A stretch of DNA of 64,000 bases from Mesotaenium endlicherianum (lineage: Eukaryota), in the NCBI GenBank assembly GCA_009602735.1, contig WELA01000694.1, positions 394,986-458,985 of the forward strand. Reading direction: 5' to 3'. How positions within the stretch are numbered: the first letter of the stretch is position 1; every line of letters starts with the position of its first letter. Of the stretch, positions 1 to 13,547 are shown piece by piece. The notes beneath the pieces were generated by a model. That model had not been told where the DNA came from. It ran no database searches and was given only the letters and a program-made list of their open reading frames with translations. The translations under genes and the position numbers were made by a program.

Positions 1-135
1 CTCCCCCCTCAACTTTGAGCCTTGGGCCCCCACTCCCCCCCCACTATGATCAAAGCAGCAGCTGAGGCCCTTGTTATGTTTCTGACTTGGTGGTGATGGT
101 GAGGGTGACGCACGCACGCAAACGCGCACGCGCAG

Positions 136-1623
136 GTGCGGTGGTGGCGCAGCCAGGGGGTGCGCTTCTTGCTGCGCTGGCCCTCGCGCTACATGTGCCA
201 CATCACCAACCGCGTGCGCCACGAGGCGTACGGGCTGCAGGCGGCCCTCCAGGTGGCGTCGGCGGAGTGGGCGCAGCACCTGATTGTGGAGCGCGAGCGC
301 GCGGAGCTCCCGCAGGAGGGCGAGGTGCTGGCGGGCGTGGACCTGGGCGGCGGCCACTCGCTGCAGGACACGGCGTGGCGGGGCCAGGAGCCGTACATCA
401 TGCGGCCCATCGTGAGCCTGCACGTGCGGCAGGGCGACAAGGCGCGCGAGATGCGCCTCTTCTCGCTTGCCGCGCACATGTGGCTCGCCGAGCGCCTGCG
501 CATGCACGCGCCCGACGTCCGCCACGTGTGGCTCAGCACCGAGATGCAGGTGGGTGCGCGTGCACGCGCGGGCGAGCGGCTACGTGCGCGCATGCATACC
601 CACCAGGGCGACGTGTTGGGGGGCTGCTGTTCTTGTCGTGTTGGGTTGGGGCGGGGGCGGCCCTGGGCGGAGTGCCCAGTGCCACTAGACTGAGCCGTAA
701 TGTCTCCCTCCCTCTTGTCCCTTCCTTTTCCCCTCCCTTCAGCGCTGCCTCCCCTCCACCCCTTCTTTCCCTCAACTCTAGGAATTGGAATAAAGGTCAG
801 GCCAAAAAAAAACTCGCAGACTGGAGGCGTGCCTTTGCTTGCCTCGCCTCCTGGAGGTGACACGGGTCTGTGTGCGTCGAATGACGCAAACATATGAGCA
901 CTGGGGTCGTATTGTAGTCTGGAGGCAGGGTGGGCATGGGGGGCCTTGCTCAGCAGGCTCCTCAGTGGCGCCCCTCTTGCCCCAGATAATTGTTGTTGGA
1001 GTCTGGCACGGTAGGACTTATGAGGCGTCTGCAAGCAACAAGGTGGCATTGGCTGGAGACGCCCTTGCATCCTCCCCCTCCTCCCCGCCTCCTCCTCCAC
1101 CCGCGATTCACTCCCGTGCCACCTGGCGGCTGTGGCGCAGCGCGCTCACTTCCGCCCTTGCGGTCTGTAGAGCCGCCAACGGGGTGGGCGGGGGAGCTAA
1201 GAGCGTCGGTGGGGGAGGACGCTCGGCCATCTCCGTGCTGCCTGTCAGCTGTGGCGCCTGCTTGCCTGCTCATCTTGTCCTTGCTGCCTGGCCTCGGGCG
1301 GGTTGGGGGTGGTGGGTGGCGGGTGGCGGGTGGGAGGGGGAGTGCAGAGCGTGGTGGAGAGGACGGCCGACTACCGCGACTGGACGTTCTGGTACACGCG
1401 CGTGAAGCGGCAGGAGGGCAACACCTCGCTCGCGGCCTATGAGAACGAGGTGGGCCTCGCGGAGCTGACGGGCAAGAGCCTGGCCAACCTGGTGGTGTCT
1501 GCAGAGTGCGACTTCTTCGTGGGCACGCTGGGCTCCAACTGGAACCGCCTCATCAACGAGCTGCGCCTCACCAACGGCCGCCTGCACTCCGGCTACATTA
1601 GCTCCAACTACGGGGACTGGTGA
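136..1623 (+). CDS. 3' part of a GT23 / alpha-1,6-fucosyltransferase-like glycosyltransferase (exons 136-549 and 1348-1623; 5' exons outside window)
   Basis: Acceptor cgcag|136, donor 549|gtgggt, acceptor tgcag|1348; the exons join in frame. Motifs VSLHVRQGDK, VWLSTE and CDFFVGTLGSNWNRLINELR resemble FUT8/GT23-type plant proteins. Strongly GC3-biased codons. Confidence 0.8.
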
Positions 1624-3169
1624 CACCTGCCCCTGCCCGCTGCCCGCTGCCGGCTGCCGTGGCGGCACCTGACCTGCCGTGGCTGGCTGGCCCGGTTTCT
1701 CTCTCTTAAATTATCTGATTCGGTGTATATTTGTCTTCATTCCCTATCTTTTCCCTTTTGTCCTCGGTGTCATCGAATTGTCAGCACAGGCAGACTTTCA
1801 TGAGTCATTGAGGATTTTTTTTCTTCCCAGAGTGATATGCAGTTTGGCCCTTGGAGGCGGCTTCCTTGGAAATGGTCGCATGTGTAGAGCTCAAGAGAAA
1901 GCGTTTGCCACTTCTCTCGGTCTAGAGAGGCGCAAAAGCTGCAACCTGCAGACCTTCTGCATGTACCATACGTACACAGGGGGGTGTGCATCTATTCCCG
2001 ACGGAATGTTCTGCCTTGTGGATACTGCACACCGATTCTGGAAGCTTCTTATGCAGCGTAGGTTGGAGCCTTCGCAAGATACAAACAATTGTCAAAAGCA
2101 TTATCTGTGATAGAAGCACCGTGGTTTCCTCTCTAAGACCTACTTACTTTGTAGAGCAGCTGATGATGAGCTTATGCCACCTAACCCACAACGGGCCGTC
2201 TGTTGCAACAACCTTCAGTTGTGGGCGCTGGTTCATCAATGTCGTATGGTTTGACCTTCTTTCAACATTTACTTCAGATGGCCGCTTGTTCTGTCCTTGA
2301 AGTATAGCAGGACATATGTTTGTGCTTGACAACGAAGTACAAAGTCTTTCTTGAAATCTTATCATTTCTGATTTGACATGCCATGCTAACCGTATTCAAG
2401 TGATGAAGCTCATTGCGAATTCTAAAATTATATGACAATCTAGCCTACCCTCGAGGTGTCCTTGATATTGATAGCAGTCCATGATCAACATACGCGAAGG
2501 AATACCGACATCTCCTAATAATTACACAAAAACATCTCTCAAGGCACTCATGTCTGTACACTAACCACCTAAGACCAAACAAATAAAACTTGGCTACGTC
2601 TTATCGACGTCATTTGATTGTGTATGCTCCACACTGGGGGTACAAACCGACAGTGCTCCTCCCAAATCGTCAACTTGACGACGTTTAGTTCGCCAAACAG
2701 GTGGCTCTAGCAGTGACTATTGACTAATAAATCAAGTCAGAGCACAATCTGCCACTCTGCAAGGGGACTCCTGAGACGGAGCGAGAAGCATGTCATCAGG
2801 AAGCGCTCAAGTGTGGCCAATTTGAGACAATTTTTCACGTTGGCTGACACGAGCTTGTCTCAAATGCCGGGATTTGAGTGATACACGGGGATAAATTGCC
2901 GCATTAATTTTCGGGCCACCCGCTGACACGGAACACTTTAAAGTTAACATTGCAAGCGGTGGTGCTGCGGCACCAAACGAGCCTGCTACACCCTTGTTTT
3001 CGATCCTCGCGAAGATAGCCACAAGGCACACACGTGTGTGGATGACCCTCAATTACAACGGCCTCCTTTCCGTCTCACAGGCTCACCAAGGCCTTATGCT
3101 TCGTCCTCCTCAGGCGAACGAGTTGAGAATTGCCAGGCCCCTCATTGGGACCATCTTGAGGCCCGCCCA

Positions 3170-5355
3170 TCAGCGCCCTGCAGAGGCACCAGCAGATGCC
3201 GGCGCGGATGCCGAAAGGATGGCGACGGCCCCCGCCACCGTCTGAAGGTCGTGGTTGATGATCTCCACCCAGTTCTCAAAGTCCCCGAGCTCCTGCAATA
3301 TCCGGACCAGCGGGAGCCTCCGGACTAGCCAAGCCAAATTTGTTGTGTGGATGAGAGGATTGTGCGGAACAACCAACGAGACGAAGGGGTGCACAACGCT
3401 TGGGGGCGAAAGAGGAATGCCTCGCACTAGCTGGGGACAACCCATTCAGAAGGAGACAAGTAACTCTAGGAGGCACTTTTATTCACGTCATCTGTTTGAA
3501 CTAGAGCTTCTCTTGCGATTGCCCGGAGGTGAGAAGCCATCCACCGACCGACAGTCAACAAGCCACAGGGAGAGAGAATTGATATGCACACGGGTTGGCG
3601 GTGAAGCGGCCATGCTGAGGTCATGCCCTCCTTTTCGAAGTCGGTGCGAGTCACGCAGCTAGTACTTGCAAGCTTACACAAAAGAGCCACTGCATGCACA
3701 CAGGCGAAGCCCTGCGCATCCCTCCAGACGCTTAGAGAGCTCCATTCATTGTCTGACCTCGAAAAACCCCAACCACCTTTTCCCCTCCGCATGCAAAGCC
3801 CCGGCAGGAACTTTCCAGACACAGTCGCAGACAGCCTTAGCCCAGCAGCAGCAGCAGAAGCAGCAGCATCATCAGTAGCAGCAGGAGCAGCAGCAGCAGC
3901 AGCAGCTGCCACGCCAGAGCAAGGCTTTCTATCTGACGTTGAAGAAAGAGCGCTTGCCGCTGACCCCTGGCCCCCGCTGCATTCCGGCTGGCCCTTGACT
4001 CAATGGTGTTCCTCTCAACCCTCCAATCTCCGGCGGAAACTCTTGCCCTAGCCTCCTTCCAACTTGAAGTCATCGCCCACCCCCGCTGTTTCCCATTCAA
4101 GCCTGCCCAGGAAACTGCTCCGGCATCACACGGCACACACAGGCCCGGGCCAATACATACGTGCCCCGCCTCTGCCCCCACCTCCTCTTGTTCCCCCGCC
4201 CCTTGCCCCTACGGTCCTCCCCACGCCCCCCACCCCGCCTGCCCTCACCCTTTGCATGCGCTGTCCCCATCCCTCCCGCCCCGCCTCCATCCCCCACCCT
4301 GCACAGGCTGTCCCCACTGCCCCCGCCGCCTCGCCTCAACCCAAACACCAACCCTAACCCCAACCCTAACCGTAACCCCTAATCCCAAAACCTGCACCCC
4401 GGTGGCTTCGCGGGCCGGGCCGCCCACCTTGAGGGCGTCGTCGAAGTCGTGGAGTACGGCGAGCCACTGCGCGTGCTGCTGCCGGTAGCGCTGCACCGTG
4501 GCGCCCAACGAGCGCACCTCCACCTCGATCAGCTTCTCCGCGCCAAACACGCTCTGCACGCTCGCGTTCACACTGTCCACCAGAGAGTCCGCCAGCCCCT
4601 CCACGGCCGCCAGCGCGTCCCTTCTCGCCAGCTCTGCACATGCCAGGCCCAGCCCAGCAGCGGCAGGCAGGGGGGGCAGCGCGTTAATGGGCGTGCTGCG
4701 CGCGCTCGGTTAGCTGTGGCATGTGTTGCGCTGGGGAGGGTTGCGTGCCGGGCGGAAAGGAGAGGGAAGAGGAGGGAGAGGTAGGGGAAGGGAGGGGTGG
4801 ACGAGGGGAGGGAAGAGGAGCTGGGCTGCACGTGCACAGCACATGCCATGTCATCACACGGGAAAATAACCCATGTCACTCGAGCTATCCTACGGGCTTG
4901 CATTTGGCTAGGTCCATGTGTTGAAGGACTAGCAGTCTAAAGGCTTCTGCCTGCAAGGGTCGGATGAGGACTGGGGTAGAAGTCTGGCACGCAGCAGCCC
5001 CATCAACCACTCCTGCAGGGGGCAGAGACCCACGTGTATGCATACAGGGACACCGGCAGGAAAAGGCTACTGGCAGCATGATCTTGACTGAATGTTTGCT
5101 TGCACGCGACACAAGCCAATGGAGATCTACAGAGTTTGCACAGATGGACCACTTTCCTCCAAGACTTTGCTGAGGCCAAGCATGAATGTGGCCGATAATC
5201 AGATATGTAACAGTCGTGTCATTGCCACAGCCATAGCTGCAAACGTATCCAGCAAGCCTATTGACAGGGAAAAGGCTCAGGAGAAGGGACATACCAGCGC
5301 TAATCTTCAAGGCTGCTTCCTTCTTCACATGCGCCTCTTGCATGGACGAGAACAT
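3170..5355 (-). CDS. BLOS1: BLOC-1 subunit 1 (GCN5L1/BLOS1); exons 5355-5295, 4633-4428, 3292-3170
   Basis: GT-AG introns join in frame to give MFSSMQEAH...ELARRDALAAVEGLADSLVDSVNASVQSVFGAEKLIEVEVRSL...QWLAVLHDFDDALKELGDFENW. The ALKELGDFENW motif is characteristic of BLOC1S1. The start codon is less certain. Confidence 0.88.
3843..3906. repeat. Imperfect (CAG)n trinucleotide repeat inside a BLOS1 intron
   Basis: cagcagcagcagaagcagcagcatcatcagtagcagcaggagcagcag... seen directly. Confidence 0.85.
4338..4386. repeat. Short degenerate (AACCCT)n telomere-like tract in a BLOS1 intron
   Basis: aacccaaacaccaaccctaaccccaaccctaaccgtaacccctaatccc. Confidence 0.55.
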
Positions 5356-7821
5356 CCTTGGCACACACCAGGGCTCACTCACCTTGCACCTGGAAATCTA
5401 CGAGCTCCAGCATCCTGCCACGGAAGGTTAAGGTGCTGTTTTGTTTTGGTTTGCGACAGATATGGAGATCCCGCCCAATCGCGCCAGAAGAAAACTTACT
5501 TTTAAAAGATGTTCTGAACTTTAAACTTAGATGACAGCAGGTCAGGCTGAGACCTCCAGTGTCGACACGACACACAAAACTGGTACCTGTACCCCGGCGA
5601 TTTGGACACTCCCTTGTAGCCGTAAACAAGACGGACAGCCTTCCTCGCTCATAGCACACCCAGGCCCTCCGTCCGCACGGTCAACCTCGCTGCACGGCCC
5701 CTAGTCCACGCTGGTCCACAAAGCAGGTTTGACCGTGACAGATCGAGCCGGGTCATTCGTACCAAATACGGAAGATTCTCTCTCAAATGGATCGCAGGTG
5801 CTTCCAAATTGGCCAATTTTTGGGCGACTTTTTCAAAGAAATCATTTGTTAAGTGCCTTTGGCCAGAACCAACTACATCCTCGCGATCGTGCTCATCCGA
5901 TCGATATCTTCGCTGGTGCATCGAGCGTGTGCATCTTTTGGTCCGGGAGGCTTTCAGACAAGTGACAGACACGTGCATGCGAGCGACAATTCACCATGCA
6001 TGCGTAAAAGGAGTACTTGGGTGCCTGCCAACCCGAATAAAGTCGAGCATATGTGCATACTTGTGCGTACCTTCGTGCGGGCCAGCGTGAGGGCGAGCAT
6101 GCATGTGTGTGAACGTTTGTATGTACACGCGTGTGAAAAGGCTTGCGATGGATGAGAGCATTAAAAACTGTTATCCATTGTTTATGACGTAATATTTGCA
6201 CAATCATACATGTCGCAACTGCTACCCGTTTGACGGTACCGCACGCACAGCGCAAGCCACGGTCGCCCAGGTACGGGAAGTCAGCGTTGACTCACCGACC
6301 AGAGGACCAAGTTATCTCAGTCAGCGGTCATGTCAAAGTCGTTATCACTGTCAAAGTGGTCACGACACGTCAAACCCACACCTAGGGATGGATGGGGATT
6401 TGGACAAAGTAGTCAGCCGAAAGGCTAGGGGTATGGAACCAGCAAGTGCCCAGAAAGGTGTTGATCAATTGGCTATTTAAGCCAAGTACAGCAGGGATAT
6501 TGCAGAGGCGTTGTGTGCCACCTCAGCCAAGACCCTCAGGTAACTAGTCACGGCTTGAGCGTTCATCCTAAACGCTGCCAGCCAGCCACATAGGTATGAT
6601 TGTCAGCTGAAGGGCTAAGCAGTCACGCGCGACAATCCCAAGGTATGCATGCATGCGGAATGACTACTCCTAAGCTGTGTGAGGGCTGCTAGGTAAGGAC
6701 GGCATGCAAGCTAAGCACTGTGACTAAGCACTGGCATTCTTGAGAGAGGATCATGTGTGGATCCTGTGAAAGGCACGAGTCCTGCCTGAAGCTGCCTCAT
6801 TCTTGCTCGCGTTGTTGTCAAAGGAAGTTGAAGGAGCGAAAGGAGCACGAAGAAGAAGGAGTTTCCAAGGCCAAAGAAGGGCCGAGACGCCATGCTTCTG
6901 CTGACGCTGGAAGTTTTCTTCCTAAGTGTATCATAGAAAGGTTAGACCTCACGAGTTCCCAAGAGAGGATCTCGCTGGTAGAAAGTAGAGAGGTGCAAAA
7001 TAGACTCTGTTAGGAGATTAGCACAGATTTGGGTCACACACCACAAGCGTGCGAGGGACACTTTAAATGGTGAGTGCTGTGTCATTTTCCAAATTCTCAG
7101 AAGTCTCAATTGTCGAATTGCTGATAGCAAGAGTAGTCTTAACAAGTAAAGCTCTCAGTGAAGAACTGAGTGAGCCCAGCCGAGCAGTGAAGAGCTGTTA
7201 AGGCGCGGTGTTGAGTGAAGAGCTCAGACCAGGCCAGCATAGATGTGCAGTTTCAGAGTTTTGTACGCTGTGACTTGTGGAAGTTAAGCGAAAGCCTTGA
7301 AGGGCGATTTTCTCTGAATCTGGCATTGCCTGTTCAGCTGCTCAGACGTGATTTTTGCAAACCACAAAACTTGTTCATTCTGTAAACTTTCAACTTGGGC
7401 GAAAGCCTGTGTGGAAGTAAGACACTTCTGTCCTACTTCTGAGAACTTGTTGATTGGTTCAGGTGAACAAGAATTCCCAAGTCAGTTGGGGATTGAGGCC
7501 TGTGAAGGCTGCCGGTGTTCAACCTGGAAGGGGACCCGGAGAAATTCAACTGTATATGCGGTTGAGGAGTGGAAGACTCTACCACTCTGTGAAGCCAGCA
7601 GAAGGTTCTGATTCTAGCCAGAGTCCACGAGGAAGTGAGACGTCTGAGCATACTGACAAACGGTGGAGTGAGCAACCGTCGAGAGACGAGTCTTGTCATA
7701 TCTCCGCAAGCGGTGAGAACCCGGATAACACACGAGCCTTTGCACCTGATTTGGGCAAAGAGCAAGACACGTCTGGGGAAGAGTCAGTTAGTCCTGGTCA
7801 CCATTCAAAATAGCCGGTGCT

Positions 7822-10011
7822 GATCATGATGAAAATCCTAAGTTCAAGCTGTCTGCAAAGTGTTTTAGCGGACGAACCAGCGGAAACGGCCTCACTTTCG
7901 AAGAGTTTGATGAGATCTATTGGGCAGAATTCTTTGAGAAGATTTGGAAGGATTCTTCTTATACGCAATCTGTCGCATTTATAGGCTTGGTTTAGTTTTT
8001 GGACGAGGATGCCCTGCTGCTATATCGCCAATCCTGGAAGGATGAGGATCTCACCCAGGAATGGGCATTTGCAGAATAGAAAACGGCAAGGGATTTGAAA
8101 ATCCAGAAAGAGGCTGCGAAAGCCCGAATGTCTGCTCTATCTTCAGGAAGAACAGTGACATCTGCACCTGTTGAGAGCATAGACTTAGCTGCACTGACAC
8201 AAGAATTAACAGAGGCCATGAGGCAACTCACTGAGGGTCAGCGAAGGGCTGCTACTCAGAGCGATGATGCTGGTTTTGTCGCAGAGTTGCGAAAAGTGTG
8301 TGCAGAATTGTCTGAAAAGATTGCTAATGCTCAGGAACGAGTAACACGCAGAGCTGCACCTCTCCATGGTCAGGAAGGCGATAGCGCCACGACAGAGGCA
8401 AGCCATGTGCAAGCCTTGGCTAGCTGTCGTAAGGATATGGAGGCTGAGAATGACCAGCTAGATCCCAAGCATTGTCTGCGCCGTTTCTTTAAGTTGCTTG
8501 AAGCACGATTCCCAGCGGATCGCAGTCTTGAGGTACACCGTTATGTGCATTTTGTCCGTCAGAAGAACGAGACATTCATGGAGGTTAAGTCCAGATTGGT
8601 AGACCTCGCCAAAAAGGAAAAAATATATGAGCCCAGAAAAGTGGCTGACAAGTTTCTGTTGTGCTTGGGCAAGGAAACGGATTGTGAAGTCAGGCCACAT
8701 CTGTCCGCAAAGCACGGAATTGACTGGGAGATCGACGAGGCGGCTGAAATAGCACGTAATGTCGAAGAAGGTAAAGTGTGGTACAAGGAGGCTTTTAGGA
8801 CGCTTATGGCTCCTAAAAGGAGGGAGGAATCCTCTCCACCTAATGCCAACAGCTCTAATTTTCAGTTTAAGAAAAAGAGCGGGTCTTTCAATAAGTTTGC
8901 AAAGCATGCCAACACTGCTGAAACAGCAGAGAGCTGTTGGAATTGCGGGAAATTAAGACATCGGAAGAGGGATTTTCCGTACCCAGATGCTAAGCAATTA
9001 TCTGCTAGCAAGGCACAGATATGTGCACATTGCAGCAAGAAGGGACACTCAGAAGATGAGTGCTGGTCTAAGAACCCAAATCTAAAGCCGCCATGGGCAA
9101 ATGCTGCCATGAAAGAGGCAGAAAAGGAAAAAAAGAAAGGAAAAAGTGGCTCTGGTAACCGCAAGAGTAACCGTAAGTATGAAGCTATCAGTGCAAAAAT
9201 CGCTGAGTTGAAAGCTAAGTTTGCGAAACTAAATGCGCCCAATGTCTACTATGATGCAGATATTGCAAAGAAGACCGTCCGCAAAGGCGAGAAGCGGATG
9301 CCTGAAAAGGCTGTGGATGCAACGGCTGCCGAGCAAGCAGATCACAACCGTCTGGTGCCAAGGAATGCTGGGAAGCTTCCTCAGACTTTTCGGAGCACTC
9401 TAGATGAAAATGAGATCTCGCAGCTACGACAAGCCAGGCCCGGGACGCGTAAGACATTTAGTTTTTCGCTGGAGAAGCTGAAGGCCCTGGTGAAACACCG
9501 GATCCAGCATGCTCCTTTGCTTTCTCTCGCTGATTTGCATATCACTTATCCATTCACGGTTGAAGAAGCCGGACATCAGCTGGATATAGCTGAGGAAGGT
9601 GCGAATAGCGCCTCATTGTCCACCAATTTTAGCACCGTGAGAGTGCAAAATAGGGATGGTGCATTAATCTTCAACAACTGGGCAACTCTTAACATTCTGT
9701 TGGATACAGACGCACAACCAGTCATTCTGGGAAAGCGAGCTGTGAAAGCTCTAGGTTTGACGGCAAGGGACCTGAAAGAGAGTCCTTTCCAGTTGAGAAC
9801 TGCCTCAGGACAAGTCTCAAAGTCTTGTGGGATTACCCGCAAGCCTGTGAAAATCACAGTAAATCCAGGGAAACCTGAAGAGGCGTCACTACTCATGGAG
9901 TGCACAGTGACGGAGGCAGAGAACTATGATGTTCTCTTGGGAACAGAAGCACTAATTCCCTTGGGTATGGTCATTGATCTGCGGAAGCAGAGAAAACTTA
10001 CCAGTCAATAG
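7822..10011 (+). pseudogene. Gag (two CCHC-type knuckles) plus aspartic protease of the methyltransferase-bearing element
   Basis: The frame extends upstream of ORF 8095 through two stops. Knuckles CWNCGKLRH and CAHCSKKGHSEDEC; protease LLDTDAQPVILG...YDVLLG. Confidence 0.8.
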
Positions 10012-10349
10012 ATCGGCAGCCGGCAGGAGAAATTTCTATGAAGATGGTTTGCATAGGAGAAGCAAACTACGGATTGCTAGACTGCTGCATTAACAACAGG
10101 TACCCAGAAGCCGCCGACAACATCATGAAGCAAGAAGAGGAAGGCTATACAAGCATCAACATGCCAACACCCTTGGTATGGCAACCCCAGATCATGAAGC
10201 AGTTGGAAACTGTGAGTAATAGGGACCGCGGCCCGCAAGAGTTGCTGCCAGTACCTTACCCAGTTACCTCCACTGCAAATCTGATGCCTGAAGTTGAGCC
10301 GCTGCCGCAAGGCATTGTCAGGATGGAAGATCCTTTCCGCAAAAGGGGA

Positions 10350-11327
10350 GGAGTGGTGTTGGAATTATTTGCCGAACTTGGGTCTGGGACCATAGCATTG
10401 ATCCAGCAAGAAATACAGGTGGCCAAAGTCCTGTATGTGGACAATGACGACCACGCTTTTCTAGCATTCCAAGAAGTCATGAGTTAGATGCGGAAAATGC
10501 ATCATTTTAAAGGATTGGCGCCCGCATATAGCAATGTCGAGCGCATTGCCGGAGGCAACATCATTGATGTGAAGCCTGAAGGCCTGTATGGCTACAGGAT
10601 TGACTGGGTCTTTGCTGGATTCCCTTGTCAACTCTTTTCTCAAGCTGGAAACCGGAGGTGATTCAGTGATCCACGAGCACAACACTGGGGATGGATGGTG
10701 AAAATCATCAGTATGCTGGGGGAACGACAGCACTACTACCCACCAGTGTTGGTGATTGAGAATGTGCATCCAGGACTGGATTATAAGCAGATGAAGCCGA
10801 GAGAACCATGGCTGATTTTCGACTCCACTTTGGGCCATCATGTGCTAATCAACGACGCCAAGCACAGAGGATTATCCCATAGGGCCATGATATTTTGGAC
10901 CAACGGCATGTCTATTGAGGTCCTGAGGGAAATGGAGGACATTACACGGCGATCACCAACGGCATTGACAGTGGAGAAGGCGCTGGCGGTGCATACCAGA
11001 CCAGTGGCCAGGAGGGATTCCTATCCACATTGTGTCATCAACAAACCAGGTCAGCCAAGGGTGGTACTGCCAACCTTCACAGCATATCCAAGATCCCGAG
11101 CCTTCATAGAAGGTGGACCAGGAATGGTCAAGGACATGCATGAAAGAGACGCCGTTTGGAGAGAGCCTACTGCGGTGGAGAAGGGCAAAGTCCTTGGAAT
11201 ACCTGACACCATAGCTCGGCATATAGCTGGTGCTATAGGGTCAGATGAAGCTGCAAATATTTTCGGCAACATGATTGGGCAGCACTTTATGACTTGGTTG
11301 GTGGAAACAATTATGACGTGGCGGTAG
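10350..11327 (+). pseudogene. C5 cytosine DNA methyltransferase domain embedded in the retrotransposon polyprotein (two in-frame stops)
   Basis: All in one frame: motif I LELFAELGSG; motif II VLYVDND; motif IV VFAGFPCQLFSQAG (Cys codon 10626-10628); motif VI LVIENV; motif VIII-like SHRAMIFWTN; motif IX/X-like REPTAVE...FGN. Stops at 10485 and 10659. Confidence 0.9.
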
Positions 11328-13547
11328 CTGACTTTCACTGACAAGCCTATGCCGAGGACAAGACCAATGACAATTAAGGCCAATGTGGTGCTAACATCTG
11401 ATCAGAGAGCTATCAAGACAGCACATCACCAACAAGAAGAATACGGTGTGCAAAGAGACGCAGCGGAAGCTGCCAGAGACAGAGCACTCAGGGAAGCTAG
11501 AGTGGCTGAATTTAGGAGATGCCAGGATCTGTTGGACCGGATTGATAATCGGACCAATGAATCACAAGCACCTCTGGAAAGAGAGGATACACCCATGGGG
11601 GACGAGGCGCCTGAGCAGGCAACGCCGCTGCCAACTGCAGAAGACGATACGCAAGACGCCCCATCATCTGCGAGAAACGCCACTCACAGCCATATATTTG
11701 GGAGCTCACCTCCCGGAGCCACGACATCAAGACGTGAGGAGACTCCAGAAGATGCCGGATCCGGGTATGATACCAAAATCAGCCCAAGAGCAGCTGGACG
11801 CGGAGACTACTGGCAGAAAAGCTCAAGTAGCTGGGAAGCTAACCAACAATGTCTGTCGTCTTCACCAGAGCAAGCGCCGTTACAAGACATGTCAAAAGAG
11901 TCTGACAAGAAGACTTTCGAGCCAACGCCTGAAGAAATTGGATAATATTTTGAACCAAGCAATAAGGCGAGAACGCCAGTGTAATATTGGTGAATGGACT
12001 GAAGAGAGTAGCCAGAATTCAGGAGATCTTGGAGGGCCTGCAAAGACCAGATGCCTCGAAGTGATATTCGAAGAACGCCAGGAGGAGTTGGACAAGAAAT
12101 TGTCTACAACACCTGCCTTGAAAAGCCCAGAGCCGCAGGCTGAGGGGCAACAGCAGGGTTCAGCTAGTCAAACAGCTGAATTCATTACGAGGCAGATCAT
12201 CGAGCAGCTGCTGGAAGCAGACGCTCGACAGCACAAGCAAAAAGAAGTGGCTAAGGCAGCAAGCACGCTGCAATCAGCCATTGTCAACTTGGCGAACCTC
12301 AACACAGATAATAATGAAGAGCCGCCACCACCTGGAGTGGAGACGTCAGTTGAAGATGATGCAGAAATGCCAGACCTTCCAGGGTTCGACCTGCCGCCAA
12401 TCACCAATGAAGAGGAGATTCAAGAAGAAATTCCACGTTTTCCTACTCCAGAGCTGGATCTGTTGGAGCTACAAGAGCTCAGAACGGATGACTGGGTGAC
12501 TGACCACTTGATAATGGAGGGGCCCAGCCCATCAGATCTATACAACAATCTGAGGTCGCCTACATCCAGCACTCCAACCGCCAGTTTGCCAACATTTGAA
12601 GCTACCCCCCATCAGCTACAACAGCCGCAGGGAAGTGGCTCCCTGTACCGCTAAGGTGGAACCAACACAAGGTAATCCTCGCGGTCGCGCAAGCAGACCA
12701 AGGAAGGTGGCCCGTGAAGGGAATGCACCTTTCAAGCGGATGCTGATGCGTTATCTCAAGTATAGGGGAACAGCTCAGAGAGAAGGGGTTCCGAAAGGAA
12801 CCATGGCTCCACCTCCGCAACCTATCCTGGAGATTTTGCAGAGAGAAGGAGAGGATGGCTTGATTTGCAAAGCCATGGCACTGGAAATTCACAATCCTAT
12901 AGTGTGTCCGTCATCCACTGGAACGTGGGAAAAGGACAGTTCAGCTCCAAGGACATCTGCAGTTTCTGAAAGGAAACTGGTAGAGCTGAGAAGCACCATA
13001 AGCCGCTTGACAGCAGAAAATGCTATATACGCACAACTAGCTGCGGCTCAAAGACAGCAGACTTTGACACAAGCATGGACGGTTACGCCACCGGCCAGGG
13101 AGGAGTTTGGCACAACCGTTGCGCGCATTACTACTATTGAGCTCGAATGGGGTTGGACAATTGACCCCAGAGCAAATCCAGCAGGGTGGCCTTTGCAAAA
13201 CCCGCCCTCACCACGTGAAGAGGGAGGAACAGGGACCAGGTGGACTGCAGCAGATGAAGAAAGGTTCCTGAGGCAGCCCATCCGGAGGCGTCTGACATAC
13301 CTCACTCAACACGAGAGTCGACGATCCATCGGGAAAAGGTAAAAAGCCTAGGAAGCAGGCCACAGAGCCTAAATCAGCAAAGGAGCAAGCTACAAAGCCT
13401 GCCACTCCACCTCCTAACAATCAGGCAGAAAAGCCTGAAGGTCAGGATGAGGGCGGAAAGCCCCCACCTGAACCTATAGAGTAGCAACTACTGGATGCTT
13501 GTGTTGGGGAAAAGCAGCTGGAAACTGAGGTTTTCACCATTGGAAAA

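Noticed and set aside
3623..4181. PolyQ, polyA and polyL ORFs
   Set aside because: Translations of an intronic CAG repeat in BLOS1.
6270..7060. 5' LTR of the methyltransferase element
   Set aside because: No recognisable match to the sequence after the PPT (15972-16230), so an LTR pair cannot be supported.
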